Positions 47,914 to 60,105 of a stretch of 64,000 bases of DNA are shown piece after piece. How positions within the stretch are numbered: position 1 is the stretch's first letter; every line of letters starts with the position of its first letter. A model generated the notes under the pieces. It was not told the origin of the DNA. It did not search any database and saw only the letters and a list, made by a program, of their open reading frames with translations. Position numbers and translations under genes: made by a program. Source of the DNA: Roseomonas mucosa (GTDB taxonomy: Bacteria > Pseudomonadota > Alphaproteobacteria > Acetobacterales > Acetobacteraceae); the NCBI GenBank assembly GCA_945878375.1, contig CAMDWG010000010.1, forward strand, positions 22,646 to 86,645. Direction: 5' to 3'.

Positions 47914-49029
47914 TTAAAGCGCCGGAAAGGGTGCGCCGGTTTCGAACCGCATGCCGAACTTGCCGATTCCGTTCCAGCCGCGATCGTATTGCGGTGGCGC
48001 CTTGACCGCCCCCGTCCGGCCGAGCGCCACCGCGGCGCGCATCGGCCAATAGGGGTCACGCAGCAGGGCGCGGGCCAGCAGCACCATATCCGCCTTGCCT
48101 TCCGCCACCAGGGCCTGGGCCTGCTCGGGCTCGGTGATCAGGCCGACGGCGGCCACCGCCACCCCGGCGCCTTCCCGCACCGCGACCGCGCCCGGCACCT
48201 GGTAGAGCGGGCCGACCGGTATCTTCTGGCGCGCAGGGTCGATCCCGCCCGATGATACATCGACGATATCCACCCCCGCCGCCTTGGCGCGCCGGGCCAG
48301 CTCCACCGTATCCGCCGTCGTCCAGCCGCCCTCGATCCAGTCGGTGTAGCTGACGCGGAGAGACAGCGGGATCTCCGCCGGGATCGCGGCGCGGACGTCC
48401 TGCACCACCTCCAGCGTCAGGCGGACCCGGCCGTCGAAATCACCGCCCCAGCGGTCGTTCCGGCGATTCGCGATGGGCGAGAAGAATTGGTGCAGCAGGT
48501 AGCCATGGGCGGCATGGATCTCGATCAGCCGGTAGCCGGCCGCGACCGCGCGGCGGGCGCTGGCGGCGAAAAGGGCGGGGATCGCGGCGACCTCCGTCTC
48601 CGCCAGGGCGCGCGGCGTGGCGAAATGGCCCACTGGCTGGTCGGAGGCTGAGACGACCTCCCACCCCGGATCGGCCGGGCCCTCATGCCAGGCCGGCAGG
48701 CGGGACGCCTTGCGCCCGGCATGGCCGAGCTGGATCGCCGGCACCGCTCCGGCATGGGCGATGGCGGCAGCGAGCCGCGCATGGCCCGCGACCTGCCCAT
48801 CCTCCCACAAGCCGAGATCGCCCGGCGTGATGCGGCCATCCGCGGTGATGGCGGTGGCTTCCGCCATCACCATCCCCGCCCCCCCGATCGCGCGCTGCAG
48901 CAGATGCGCCAGGTGCCAGTCGGTGGGCTTCCCGTCATCGGCGGCGCAATACATGCACATCGGGGACACCCCGATGCGGTTGGCGAAGGTCACGCCGCGC
49001 AGCGTCAGCGGGTCGAACAGATCGGGCAT
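47914..49029 (-). CDS. NADH:flavin oxidoreductase (Old Yellow Enzyme family)
   Basis: SPMCMY, QLGHAGRKAS, HAAHGYLLHQF, NDRWGG motifs. Confidence 0.9.
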   Translation of the reverse strand: MPDLFDPLTLRGVTFANRIGVSPMCMYCAADDGKPTDWHLAHLLQRAIGGAGMVMAEATAITADGRITPGDLGLWEDGQVAGHARLAAAIAHAGAVPAIQLGHAGRKASRLPAWHEGPADPGWEVVSASDQPVGHFATPRALAETEVAAIPALFAASARRAVAAGYRLIEIHAAHGYLLHQFFSPIANRRNDRWGGDFDGRVRLTLEVVQDVRAAIPAEIPLSLRVSYTDWIEGGWTTADTVELARRAKAAGVDIVDVSSGGIDPARQKIPVGPLYQVPGAVAVREGAGVAVAAVGLITEPEQAQALVAEGKADMVLLARALLRDPYWPMRAAVALGRTGAVKAPPQYDRGWNGIGKFGMRFETGAPFPAL

Positions 49030-49047
49030 CGGGGGACTCCGGCGGCG

Positions 49048-50829
49048 TCAGGCGCGGGTGAAGACCAAGCGCTCCGGCGCCATGAAGCCGAGGGTGAGCA
49101 AAGCCTGCAACCCGGGGGCAAGGCCCAGCGGCCCATGGACCTCCAGCCGGCCGTCGCGCGGCCGGACGAGGGGACGGAGCAGCGCGACGGCGATCCGGTG
49201 CACCTCCCGCGCCTTGGCGACGGCCAAAGGGGCCATCGGCACCCCCGCATCGGCCGCCAGCACCACGGCCCCGGCGGCGCGGGCAATCCTCGCGACGCCC
49301 TCTGCCTCCGCCAGCGGATCCACCCGCGCGCCTTCCAACATGAGCGCCGGTGCGGTGCCGGGGGCGGAGGCGCCGATGCCGTCCAGCAGGCCCGGCAGGG
49401 CCCTGGCGGCAGCGGCTGCATCGGTCCAGGTCGCGGCCCTTGCGAGCGCCAGGATGCCCAGCGCGCGGGCGCCGAGATCGGCCGGTTCGGCCTCCAGCGC
49501 GCGGGCCAGCCGCAGGGCGAGGGCCGGCAGCGCATCCTCCCCGGGCCGCCGCGCCCGGCGCAGCGAATCGGCGCCGAGCAGGGCGGAGGCAAGCTCCGCC
49601 ACACCCCCCAGCGCCGAGAGAAGCGCGAGCTGATCCTCGGCGAAGGCCAGCAGCGTGGCGCGGCGGGGGGCGGGCAGGGGCTCGGCCCAGGCGCCCCCGG
49701 CATCGAACAGCAGCGCCGCCGCCACGGCGCGCAGACCCGCCCCCGGATCGGGGCGCGGATCGGGAACAAGGCCGGGCGGCAGGCCGGCTTCCATCATGGC
49801 GGCGACGGTCTCCACCTGGCCCGGCGTCAGCAACCGGTCCTCCCGCACCACCAGCGTCTGGCCGGCGGCAAGGTCCACCGGGCCATTGCGGAGGATCAGC
49901 CAATGCAACTCCCCGCCCCGCATGGCCTGGGCGGTGACGGACAGGACGCGCGCGGGGTCATGCGGGCGGATATGCACGGCCGGCGCGCCATCCGGCCAAC
50001 CGGCCGCGCCAATCGCCAGATGCGCCACCGGCATGCCGCGAGCCCATCTCTCGGCGCCTGGGGCCGCGGGCGGGGCCGCATCGCGCCAGGCGCCGGCCTC
50101 CATCATCCGCGCCGCGGTGCCGCCGGGGCCGTCCTCCGCCACGGCATCGAGCGCCGTGGTGACCCGCAGCCGCGACAGCGCGCGGGCGGCGGTGAAGCGG
50201 ATCTCGACGCGCAGCAACGGGCTCAAGGGGTCGATCTCATAGCGATAGGCGATCCGCCCGGCCTCCACCTCCCGCGCGGTGAAGAGGCCGGCGAGGCCGC
50301 GGATCGTGCCGGCATGGGTCAGGACGATGCGCCCATCCTCCCGCGTCACGGAGGCCTCGGTGATGTTGTCCTCGACATCGACGCAGGCGGGGCGGCGGCC
50401 GATGCGGAACTCCACCAGATTGCCGGTGTGGCGCAGTGCCGGCCGGCCGCCCCCTGGAGGTTCCTGCCGCAGCACGCCGGCGCGGAGGTCGCCGGTGAAG
50501 CGGTGATGCGGCGTGCGGATCAGCAGGTCGGCAGGATCGTCGCGGAGCAGTTCGGCCGCGCCGCCGACGGCGCGCATCCCACCAGGCGCCCGCGCAAGAG
50601 CCATCACCGCGTCAAGCAGGGAATCAGACAGCGGTGCATGCGCGTCCCGCAGGCCGGGCAGCATCAGCAATTCAGCGGCGGTCGCGGTGGCGACGACGGG
50701 GAAGAAGGCGCTGCCCTCGGCCTCGGGCAGGGCGCGGAAGCTCTGGCCCGCCAGGGCGATCTCCGTCGCCATCAGCGCCAGGGGCGCAACGAGCCGGTCG
50801 CGATCGGCGTCCTGCAGAAGATTTCGCAT
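49048..50829 (-). CDS. Large hypothetical protein (593 aa)
   Basis: Long ORF filling the gap with ATG start; no family recognised. Confidence 0.7.
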   Translation of the reverse strand: MRNLLQDADRDRLVAPLALMATEIALAGQSFRALPEAEGSAFFPVVATATAAELLMLPGLRDAHAPLSDSLLDAVMALARAPGGMRAVGGAAELLRDDPADLLIRTPHHRFTGDLRAGVLRQEPPGGGRPALRHTGNLVEFRIGRRPACVDVEDNITEASVTREDGRIVLTHAGTIRGLAGLFTAREVEAGRIAYRYEIDPLSPLLRVEIRFTAARALSRLRVTTALDAVAEDGPGGTAARMMEAGAWRDAAPPAAPGAERWARGMPVAHLAIGAAGWPDGAPAVHIRPHDPARVLSVTAQAMRGGELHWLILRNGPVDLAAGQTLVVREDRLLTPGQVETVAAMMEAGLPPGLVPDPRPDPGAGLRAVAAALLFDAGGAWAEPLPAPRRATLLAFAEDQLALLSALGGVAELASALLGADSLRRARRPGEDALPALALRLARALEAEPADLGARALGILALARAATWTDAAAAARALPGLLDGIGASAPGTAPALMLEGARVDPLAEAEGVARIARAAGAVVLAADAGVPMAPLAVAKAREVHRIAVALLRPLVRPRDGRLEVHGPLGLAPGLQALLTLGFMAPERLVFTRA

Positions 50830-50961
50830 GGGAACGGAACATAGGATCGCGACCGCGTGACGGGAAGCGGCGGGGAGGTTGCCTGCCTGCCGACAGCGGC
50901 ACGAAAGCCCTCCGCAATGGCTGTCGGAGGCTTCACTGGCAGGTCACGGCGGCGTGAGAGG

Positions 50962-51077
50962 CGTCCGGGCAAGATGCTTCTCGTCCAGGCGATGCCTCGA
51001 CGTTTTCTCCCGGCGGTTCCGTGCGATGATGTGCGGAGCCTACTTTCCCCGGTGCCTCGCGGCACCGGGGATTTTTT
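50962..51077 (+). ncRNA. Candidate sRNA paralogous to 16141-16231
   Basis: Shared core AGGN-N3-NCCT-SGACGTTTYCTCCC and ACTTTCCCC; terminator CCCCGGTGCC/GGCACCGGGG + ATTTTTT on the plus strand where flanking genes are minus. Confidence 0.7.
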
Positions 51078-51105
51078 CATGGTCGCCGGAGGCAACCGCC
51101 GGGCA

Positions 51106-51813
51106 TCACACCCGGCCGGCGGCCTTGTCGGCCTCGTAGCGGGCCTTGGTCTCGGCATTGGCGGGGTAGAGGCCCGGCAGGGCGAGGCCCTTGCCCACCT
51201 CGTTCATGATCCAGCCTTCCAGACGCTCCTGCTCCACCGCGGCTTCCGTCACGGCGTCGAGCATCGCGGCGGGGATCACCACCGCGCCGTCGCCATCGGC
51301 CACCACGATGTCGCCCGGCACGACGGTGACGCCGCCGCAGCCGATCGTCTCCTGCCAGCCGACGAAGTTCAGCGCGGCGACCGAGGCCGGCGCCACATAG
51401 CCCTGGCAGAACACCGGCAGGCCGGTGCCGATCACGCCCTGCCCGTCGCGCACCATGCCGTCGGTGACGAGGCCGGCGACGCCCTTCACCCGCATCCGCG
51501 CGCAGAGGATGTCGCCGAAGATGCCGGCGGTGGTCAGGCCCATCGCATCGGCGATGGCGACGCAGCCTTCCGGCATGTCCTCGATCGCGGCGCGGGTGGA
51601 GCGGGGGGAGGACCAGCTATCGACCGTCGCCAGGTCCTCCCGCGTCGGGGTGAAGCGCAGCGTGAAGGCCGGGCCGACGATGCGGGTGAAGTTGCCCGGC
51701 ACGATGGGCCGCGCGCCGTTCACATAGGCGAAGCGCACGCCCTTCTTCAGCAGCACCGTGGTCAGGGTCGCGGTGGTCACGTCCATCAGGGCTGCCTTGG
51801 TGGCGGGGTTCAT
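51106..51813 (-). CDS. RraA-like / HMG aldolase family protein
   Basis: GPAFTLRF, GIFGDIL, DGMVRD, GDIVVADGDG motifs. Confidence 0.85.
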   Translation of the reverse strand: MNPATKAALMDVTTATLTTVLLKKGVRFAYVNGARPIVPGNFTRIVGPAFTLRFTPTREDLATVDSWSSPRSTRAAIEDMPEGCVAIADAMGLTTAGIFGDILCARMRVKGVAGLVTDGMVRDGQGVIGTGLPVFCQGYVAPASVAALNFVGWQETIGCGGVTVVPGDIVVADGDGAVVIPAAMLDAVTEAAVEQERLEGWIMNEVGKGLALPGLYPANAETKARYEADKAAGRV

Positions 51814-51870
51814 GCGTGTCGCTCCGAGCGGGAAATGCGACACGCTTGAAACGCCGCCCGCCCCAGGCCG

Positions 51871-53451
51871 TCAACCCGCCCCGCCGATCCCCACCCCCCA
51901 GGGCCCAAGCGTTTCGGGGACGCCGGCCACCGGCGCATGAGGCAGCGGCCTTGTGCCCTCGGCCAGGGCCAGCGGCACGGGCGCGGCATCCGCCGACAGG
52001 TTGAAAACGCAGCGAACCCGCAGCCCTGCCGCAACCCGGTCGAAGCCCAGCAGCGGCGACGGCAGGTCGAGTGGCTCGATCCCGCCCGCGACCAGCGCGG
52101 GCGAAGCGCGACGCGCCCGCAGCATCGCGCGGGCGAAGCTCAGCATGGAAAGCGGGTCTGCTTCCTGTGCGTCCACCGCCAGCGCCCGATGCGCCTCCGG
52201 CACCGGCAGCCAGGGCGTGCCGGCCCCGAAGCCGGCATGCCGCGCGGCGCGTTGCCAGGGCATCGGCGTGCGCGCGCCGTCCCGGCCGCGGAAGTCGGGC
52301 CAATGGGCGATGCCGAAGGAATCGCGCAGCGCGGCGAAGGGCAACTCCGCCTCCGGCAGGCCGAGTTCCTCCCCCTGATAGAGACAGGCGCTGCCGCGCA
52401 GCGTCAGCAGCAGCGCCAGCAGCAGCTTCGTTACCCGCGGGTCGGCCGCCCCGCCGGGCGCCCAGCGCGTGGCCACCCGCGCGACATCGTGGTTGCTGAA
52501 GGACCAGCAGGGCCAGCCTTCCGGGTTCGCCGCCGCCTGGACCAGCGCGCGCGCCTCCGCATGGCCGAAGGCGCCGCGCAGCGGGGCGAGGGTATAGGCC
52601 ATGTGCAGCCGTCCCGGCCCGGTGGCATGTGCGATGCGCGCGAAGGCGCCGGGTTGGGAGGAGAACTCGCCGAGCAGCGCGCGATCTTCGAAAGCCTCCG
52701 CTTCCGCGCGCAGGCGATGCAGCACGGCGTCGGTGCCTACGCCCATCATGTCGTGCAGATGCGCCTGCATGCCGAACAGCTTCGCCGGCACCGCGCGCAG
52801 CGGCGCGGCGGGGTTGGAGCGCAGCAGCGGATCATGCGCGACGAAATCCAGCGCATCGACGCGGAACCCATCCACCCCGCGCGCCAGCCAGAAGCGCATG
52901 ATCTCCGCGACCGCATCGAGGGTTTCGGGATCGGCGAGGTTCAGCGCGGGCTGCGCCGGCAGGAAATGATGCAGCGCGTATTGCCGCCGCCTTGGTTCCC
53001 ATCGCCAGGCCGGGCCGCCGAACACCGACAGCCAGTTGTTCGGCGGCGTGCCATCCGGCCCGGGATCGGCCCAGACATAGCGCGCCGCGAGCGGCCCGCT
53101 GCGCGCAGCGCGGGAAGCCTGGAACCAGGGATGGGCCTCGCTCGTATGGCTCACCACCAGGTCGAGCAGGACGCGCAGCCCCCGCGCATGGCAGGCGGCG
53201 ACCAGCGCGTCGAGATCGGCCAGCGTGCCGTACTCCGGCGCGACCGCCCGATGGTCGCTGACATCGTACCCAAGATCGGCGCCGGGCGAGGCGTAGATCG
53301 GGCAGAGCCAAAGCGCGTCCACGCCGAGCCCCGCGATGTGATCCAGCTTCTCGATGATGCCGCGCAGATCGCCGATGCCGTCCCCGTTCGTATCGCGGAA
53401 GGAACGCGGATAGATCTGGTAGATCACCGCGCCGCGCCACCAGGGTTCCAC
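51871..53451 (-). CDS. GH13 alpha-glucosidase
   Basis: YQIYPRSF, GYDVSD, DLVVSHTS, GFRVDA, NHD, YQGEELG motifs. Confidence 0.9.
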   Translation of the reverse strand: MEPWWRGAVIYQIYPRSFRDTNGDGIGDLRGIIEKLDHIAGLGVDALWLCPIYASPGADLGYDVSDHRAVAPEYGTLADLDALVAACHARGLRVLLDLVVSHTSEAHPWFQASRAARSGPLAARYVWADPGPDGTPPNNWLSVFGGPAWRWEPRRRQYALHHFLPAQPALNLADPETLDAVAEIMRFWLARGVDGFRVDALDFVAHDPLLRSNPAAPLRAVPAKLFGMQAHLHDMMGVGTDAVLHRLRAEAEAFEDRALLGEFSSQPGAFARIAHATGPGRLHMAYTLAPLRGAFGHAEARALVQAAANPEGWPCWSFSNHDVARVATRWAPGGAADPRVTKLLLALLLTLRGSACLYQGEELGLPEAELPFAALRDSFGIAHWPDFRGRDGARTPMPWQRAARHAGFGAGTPWLPVPEAHRALAVDAQEADPLSMLSFARAMLRARRASPALVAGGIEPLDLPSPLLGFDRVAAGLRVRCVFNLSADAAPVPLALAEGTRPLPHAPVAGVPETLGPWGVGIGGAG

Positions 53452-53530
53452 CGCCTGCGTCCTTTGTCCCCGCCGATCCGTGGCACGGCAGGGCGCGGCG
53501 GATGGGTCACGAAGCGGTGGGCGCGGCCGG

Positions 53531-53716
53531 TCAGGGCGCGGGGCGGTAGCCTTCCTCGGCCAGCGCGGCGGCGATGACGGTGGGAGACAGGGTGGTCTCG
53601 GCGCGGACCAGGCCTTCGGCTAGCACGACCTCGACCTTCGCGGCGGGATCCAGCGCCTGGATCGCCTGCGTCACCGCCTTCACGCAATGGCCGCAGGTCA
53701 TGCCCGCCACCTTCAT
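53531..53716 (-). CDS. copZ: CopZ-like heavy-metal-associated protein (upstream ATG at 53728 is interrupted by TAG)
   Basis: GMTCGHC metal-binding motif; follows cueR. Confidence 0.75.
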   Translation of the reverse strand: MKVAGMTCGHCVKAVTQAIQALDPAAKVEVVLAEGLVRAETTLSPTVIAAALAEEGYRPAP

Positions 53717-53724
53717 CTAGATCG

Positions 53725-54113
53725 TCATGCCGGCTTTCCTTCCAGTTCGGCGAGAATCGGGCAGTCCGGCCGCTCGTCGCCCGAGCAATGGTTGGCGAGA
53801 TGCCGCAGGCTGCCGGCCATCGCATTCAGCGCCGCCGCCTTGGTCTCCAGCGCCTCGACATGCGCGATGGCCATGCGCTTCACCTCCGCGCTCGCGCGCG
53901 ATCGGTCGCGCCACAGCGCGAGCAGCTTGCGGACATCCTCGAGCGGAAAGGCCAGGTCGCGGGCATGGCGGATGAAGCGCAGCACGGCCACGTCCTGCGC
54001 GCCATAGCTGCGATAGCCATTGGCGCGACGTTCCGCCTCGATCAGTCCGATGGCCTCGTAGTGGCGGATCATCTTGGCCGAGACGCCGGAACGCTGCGCG
54101 GCTTCCCCGATCG

Positions 54114-54117
<4 letters not shown>
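53725..54117 (-). CDS. cueR: Cu(I)-responsive MerR-family regulator
   Basis: MTIGEAA, IRHYEAIGLI, NGYRSY, CSGDERPDCPIL; ATGA overlap with copA. Confidence 0.93.
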
Positions 54118-56555
<2,438 letters not shown>

Positions 56556-56564
56556 GCGGGGGAC

Positions 56565-56592
56565 ATGGGGCCTCCCATCATGGGAGGGTCAA
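56565..56592 (-). promoter_or_regulatory. CueR-type promoter and operator
   Basis: -35 TTGACC (56592-56587) followed by dyad CCTCCCA-TGA-TGGGAGG (56571-56587), the MerR-family layout. Confidence 0.85.
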
Positions 56593-56716
56593 GGGCCCAT
56601 CCACCGCCGGCCGCCAGCCTTGCCGGGTTCGGCGGGCCTGCGCCTTGATCTCGATCAGCTTACTGGCCCGGGGACGGGGCGTTGACGTTCCCGCGACGCC
56701 TCGCGACATCACGCCC

Positions 56717-57718
56717 ATGCGAGCCCACCTCCCCGCCCTTGTCCTTTTTCTCCTCGCCGCCCCCGCCGCCGCCCAGGCGCCGGGGCCGGATCCGGTGCGG
56801 ATCGCCAACCGCACAGGCGTGGAGGCCACCGCCCTGCACGCGGTGCGCAGCGGCCGGCCGGATTGGGGCGGCAACCTGCTCAACCGCGGGCCGCTCGGCC
56901 CGAACCAGGCGTTCAGCCTGCGCGTGAACCCCGAGGCCGGCTGCCGCTTCGACATCCGCCTGGTGCTGGCCGATGGGCGGGAGAGCGTGGCGCGCGACCG
57001 CGACATCTGCGCCGAGACGCGGGTGGAGATGGCGACCGCCGCCGCGCCCCAGCCCGCCGCGCCGCCAGTGGCGCAGGCCAGGCCGAACCAGCAGGCGCGG
57101 CGCGTCTCCTCCGGCACCGGCTTCGTGATCGCGCCCAACCGGGTTCTGACCAACCAGCATGTCGTCGATGGCTGCGACCGCGTGCTGGCCCGCACGCCGG
57201 ATGGGCGCTGGCTGGCCGCGACGCCGCCGGCGCAGGTGGATCGCGCGCTGGATCTCGCGGTGCTGACGATCCCCGGCAATCCGGGGCCCATCCTGTCCTT
57301 CCGCACCGCGCCCAATATCCGCCGTGGCGAGGATGTGATCGCCTATGGCTTCCCGCTGGCGGGGCTGCTGTCGGCCGATCCGAAGCTGACGCGCGGCGTG
57401 ATCAACGCGCTGGGCGGGGTGCAGAACGACCAGAACAACTTCCAGATCAGCGCCGAGGTGCAGCCGGGCAATTCCGGCGGGCCGCTGCTGGATATGCAGG
57501 GGCATGTGGTGGGCGTCGTCGTCTCGAAGCTCGACAGTCGCCGGGTGCAGAATGTGGACAATGTGAATTTCGCGGTGAAGGGCGACGCCGCGCAGGCCTT
57601 CCTGCGCCGCGCGAACATCCCCTTCCGCACGGTCGAAAGCCGCGGCACGGACCGCAGCGCGGCCGATGTGGGGGACATCGCGCATCGCAGCACGGTGCTG
57701 CTGCGCTGCGAGAAATAG
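56717..57718 (+). CDS. Secreted trypsin-like serine protease
   Basis: Signal peptide; triad TNQHVV, DLAVL, GNSGGP. Confidence 0.88.
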   Translation: MRAHLPALVLFLLAAPAAAQAPGPDPVRIANRTGVEATALHAVRSGRPDWGGNLLNRGPLGPNQAFSLRVNPEAGCRFDIRLVLADGRESVARDRDICAETRVEMATAAAPQPAAPPVAQARPNQQARRVSSGTGFVIAPNRVLTNQHVVDGCDRVLARTPDGRWLAATPPAQVDRALDLAVLTIPGNPGPILSFRTAPNIRRGEDVIAYGFPLAGLLSADPKLTRGVINALGGVQNDQNNFQISAEVQPGNSGGPLLDMQGHVVGVVVSKLDSRRVQNVDNVNFAVKGDAAQAFLRRANIPFRTVESRGTDRSAADVGDIAHRSTVLLRCEK

Positions 57719-57721
57719 GGC

Positions 57722-59014
57722 CTACCGCTTCACGAAGCGCGCGGCGAAGAAGCCGTCGATCCCGCCGCGCTCCGCCCACATGTCGGGGCGGGTGCGGAGC
57801 GTGCCGGCGGTGGTCAGCGCGGCTTCCAGCCCGGGGAGTTCCTCGGGCCGGATCGGGTCGAGGGTGAGGCCAAGCGAGGCCGCGCGGGACAGATGCGCCT
57901 CCCCTTCCTCCGGCTGCAGGGAGCAGGTGGCGAAGACGATGCGGCCGCCGGGACGCAGCAGGGTGGCGGCATGGGCCAGCAGCCGTGCCTGCGCCTCCGC
58001 CATAGGGGCGATGTCGGCGGCGCGTTTCAGATGCGGGATGTCGGGGTGGCGGCGGATGATGCCGGTCGCGGTACAGGGCGCATCCAGCAGGATCGCGTCA
58101 TAGCCCGCCTCGGCCGGCGACCAGCTGGCTGCGTCGGCCTGGACCAGCGTGGCCTCCAGCTTCAGCCGCGCCAGGTTCTCCCGCAGGCGGCCTAGGCGGC
58201 GGGCGTCGCGCTCCACCGCCGTCACCCGCGCCCCGGCGGCAAGAAGTTGCGCGGTCTTGCCACCGGGGGCGGCGCAGAGATCGGCCACGCGCTCGCCAGC
58301 CTGCACGCGCAGCAGCTTCGCCGGCAGCGCCGCGGCGGCGTCCTGTACCCAGAAGGCGCCGTCCGCGAAGCCGGGCAGGTCGGCCAGCAACGTGCCGGCG
58401 GGCAGCCTTGCGCTGCCGGTCGGCAGCATCTCCGCCCCCTCCGGCGCCGTGGCGCCGGGGGCGAGCGTCAGGTCGAGCGGCGCGGGCGCGGCCTGCGCGC
58501 GCACCATGGCGCGCACCGCCAGGCCATAGGCCGCGTGCCAGGCCGTCCAGAGCCAGGGGGGCGTGTCAAGCCGTTCGGCATCCAGCCCCTCCAGCGCCGC
58601 CGGGCCTTCGGTCGCGAGTTTGCGGAGCACGGCGTTCACAAGCCCGGCGAAGGGGTTCGGCACCACCGCAACCGTCGCCGCCACGGCGGCATGGGCGGGC
58701 GTGCCGAGCAGCAGCAGCTCCGCCGCCCCGGCCCTGAGCGCCGCGCGGACAACGGGCGGCGGTTCGCGCCGCAGGAAGGGCTCCAGCACGGCATCGAGGC
58801 TGCCGGCCCGGCGCAGGACGGTCGCGGCGATGCGGTGCGCCGCCGAACGGTCGCGCGGTGCCAGCGTGCCCGGCAGCGCATCCAGCGCTTCCTCCAGCGG
58901 CCGGCGGCGCTCCATCACGGCGGCGAGCAGTGCCAGCGCCGCCTGGCGCGCGGGCATGCCGGCCGCGCTGGCGGGGCGGGTGGAGGGGGTGGAGGCGGGA
59001 CGAGGATCGGGCAT
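57722..59014 (-). CDS. RsmB/Sun family RNA m5C methyltransferase
   Basis: NusB-like N-terminus; VQDAAA, DLCAAPGGKT, DAPCTATG, FATCSL motifs. Confidence 0.9.
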   Translation of the reverse strand: MPDPRPASTPSTRPASAAGMPARQAALALLAAVMERRRPLEEALDALPGTLAPRDRSAAHRIAATVLRRAGSLDAVLEPFLRREPPPVVRAALRAGAAELLLLGTPAHAAVAATVAVVPNPFAGLVNAVLRKLATEGPAALEGLDAERLDTPPWLWTAWHAAYGLAVRAMVRAQAAPAPLDLTLAPGATAPEGAEMLPTGSARLPAGTLLADLPGFADGAFWVQDAAAALPAKLLRVQAGERVADLCAAPGGKTAQLLAAGARVTAVERDARRLGRLRENLARLKLEATLVQADAASWSPAEAGYDAILLDAPCTATGIIRRHPDIPHLKRAADIAPMAEAQARLLAHAATLLRPGGRIVFATCSLQPEEGEAHLSRAASLGLTLDPIRPEELPGLEAALTTAGTLRTRPDMWAERGGIDGFFAARFVKR

Positions 59015-59105
59015 CGCGGCCGGTTTATGGCCCCCGGGCCGGTGCCATGCTAGGTGCGGCCGCGCGTAACGGGCGGGCCGCGATCGGCGTCTGGGGAGTG
59101 GATGG

Positions 59106-59711
59106 ATGATCGAGTGGGTGACCGACCTGGTCGCGGCGGGTGGCTGGCTGGGCGTGCTGGGGCTGATGTTCCTGGAGAACCTGTTCCCGCCGATCCCGTC
59201 GGAAGTGATCATGCCGCTGGCGGGCTTCGCGGCGGCGCGCGGGCAGATGTCCTTCACGCTGGCGGTGATCGCGGGGATCGTCGGCACGCTGCTCGGCAAC
59301 GCCTTCTGGTACGAGCTGTCGCGCGCCATCGGGTCTGCCCGCATCCGGCCGCTGTTCGCGCGCTATGGCCGCTGGTTCGCGGTGGATGACAAGGATTTCG
59401 ACAAGGCCGAGACGACGCTGCGGAAATACGGGCCCGTCGCCCTGTTCTTCGGCCGGCTGCTGCCGGGCATCCGCACGCTGATCTCGATCCCCGCGGGCCT
59501 CGCGCATATCCCGCGCCTTATCTTCTATGTCTGGACCGCACTCGGCAGCACGGTGTGGATCCTGTTCCTGACCAGCGCGGGCTACTGGATGGAAGACCAT
59601 TACGACAAGGTCGAGGGCTGGCTCGGGCCGCTGTCCTATGTGGTCGTCGCCGGCATCCTCGGCACCTATGCGTGGCACATCTGGTCCACGCGAGTCCGCA
59701 AGCGCCCGTAG
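59106..59711 (+). CDS. DedA family membrane protein
   Basis: LENLFPPIPSEVIM, FFGRLLPGIRTLISIPAG motifs. Confidence 0.92.
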   Translation: MIEWVTDLVAAGGWLGVLGLMFLENLFPPIPSEVIMPLAGFAAARGQMSFTLAVIAGIVGTLLGNAFWYELSRAIGSARIRPLFARYGRWFAVDDKDFDKAETTLRKYGPVALFFGRLLPGIRTLISIPAGLAHIPRLIFYVWTALGSTVWILFLTSAGYWMEDHYDKVEGWLGPLSYVVVAGILGTYAWHIWSTRVRKRP

Positions 59712-59720
59712 CAGAGATAT

Positions 59721-60059
59721 CTACCGCCGGTGGCGCCCAGGCACCCGCCGCAGGACGGGGGCCAGCGTTGCCGGCGCGCGGGGGCCTCGTGGCGGGCGCG
59801 GGGCATCCTGCCGCGCCAGCAGCATGGTGGCGACACCGATCTGCACCGCCCCGAAGGTCAGGCTGGTGAAGAACCACAGCACCAGCACCGGCCACCAATG
59901 CCCCGCCGCCGTCAGCAGCAGCGTGGCGGCATCCTGCGGATCGAAGGCCAGCAGCGCAGCCACGAAGACGGCCCCGAGCGCGAAGCCCAGCGCGCCATGG
60001 GCGACCAGGAAGCGCACGAGCTTCGGCAGGTGGCGCCAGGCCGCAATCAGGTTTCGCAT
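59721..60059 (-). CDS. Small membrane hypothetical protein
   Basis: Two to three hydrophobic segments. Confidence 0.6.
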   Translation of the reverse strand: MRNLIAAWRHLPKLVRFLVAHGALGFALGAVFVAALLAFDPQDAATLLLTAAGHWWPVLVLWFFTSLTFGAVQIGVATMLLARQDAPRPPRGPRAPATLAPVLRRVPGRHRR

Positions 60060-60105
60060 CGGACGATCCTGTTCCCCATCGCCGCGGGCGGCTGATGGCG
60101 GTCTC

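Noticed and set aside
50831-50955. ECF (GGAAC-CGT) or sigma54 promoter for the second sRNA
   Set aside because: Spacing fits neither GGAAC-N16/17-CGTT nor the -24/-12 geometry
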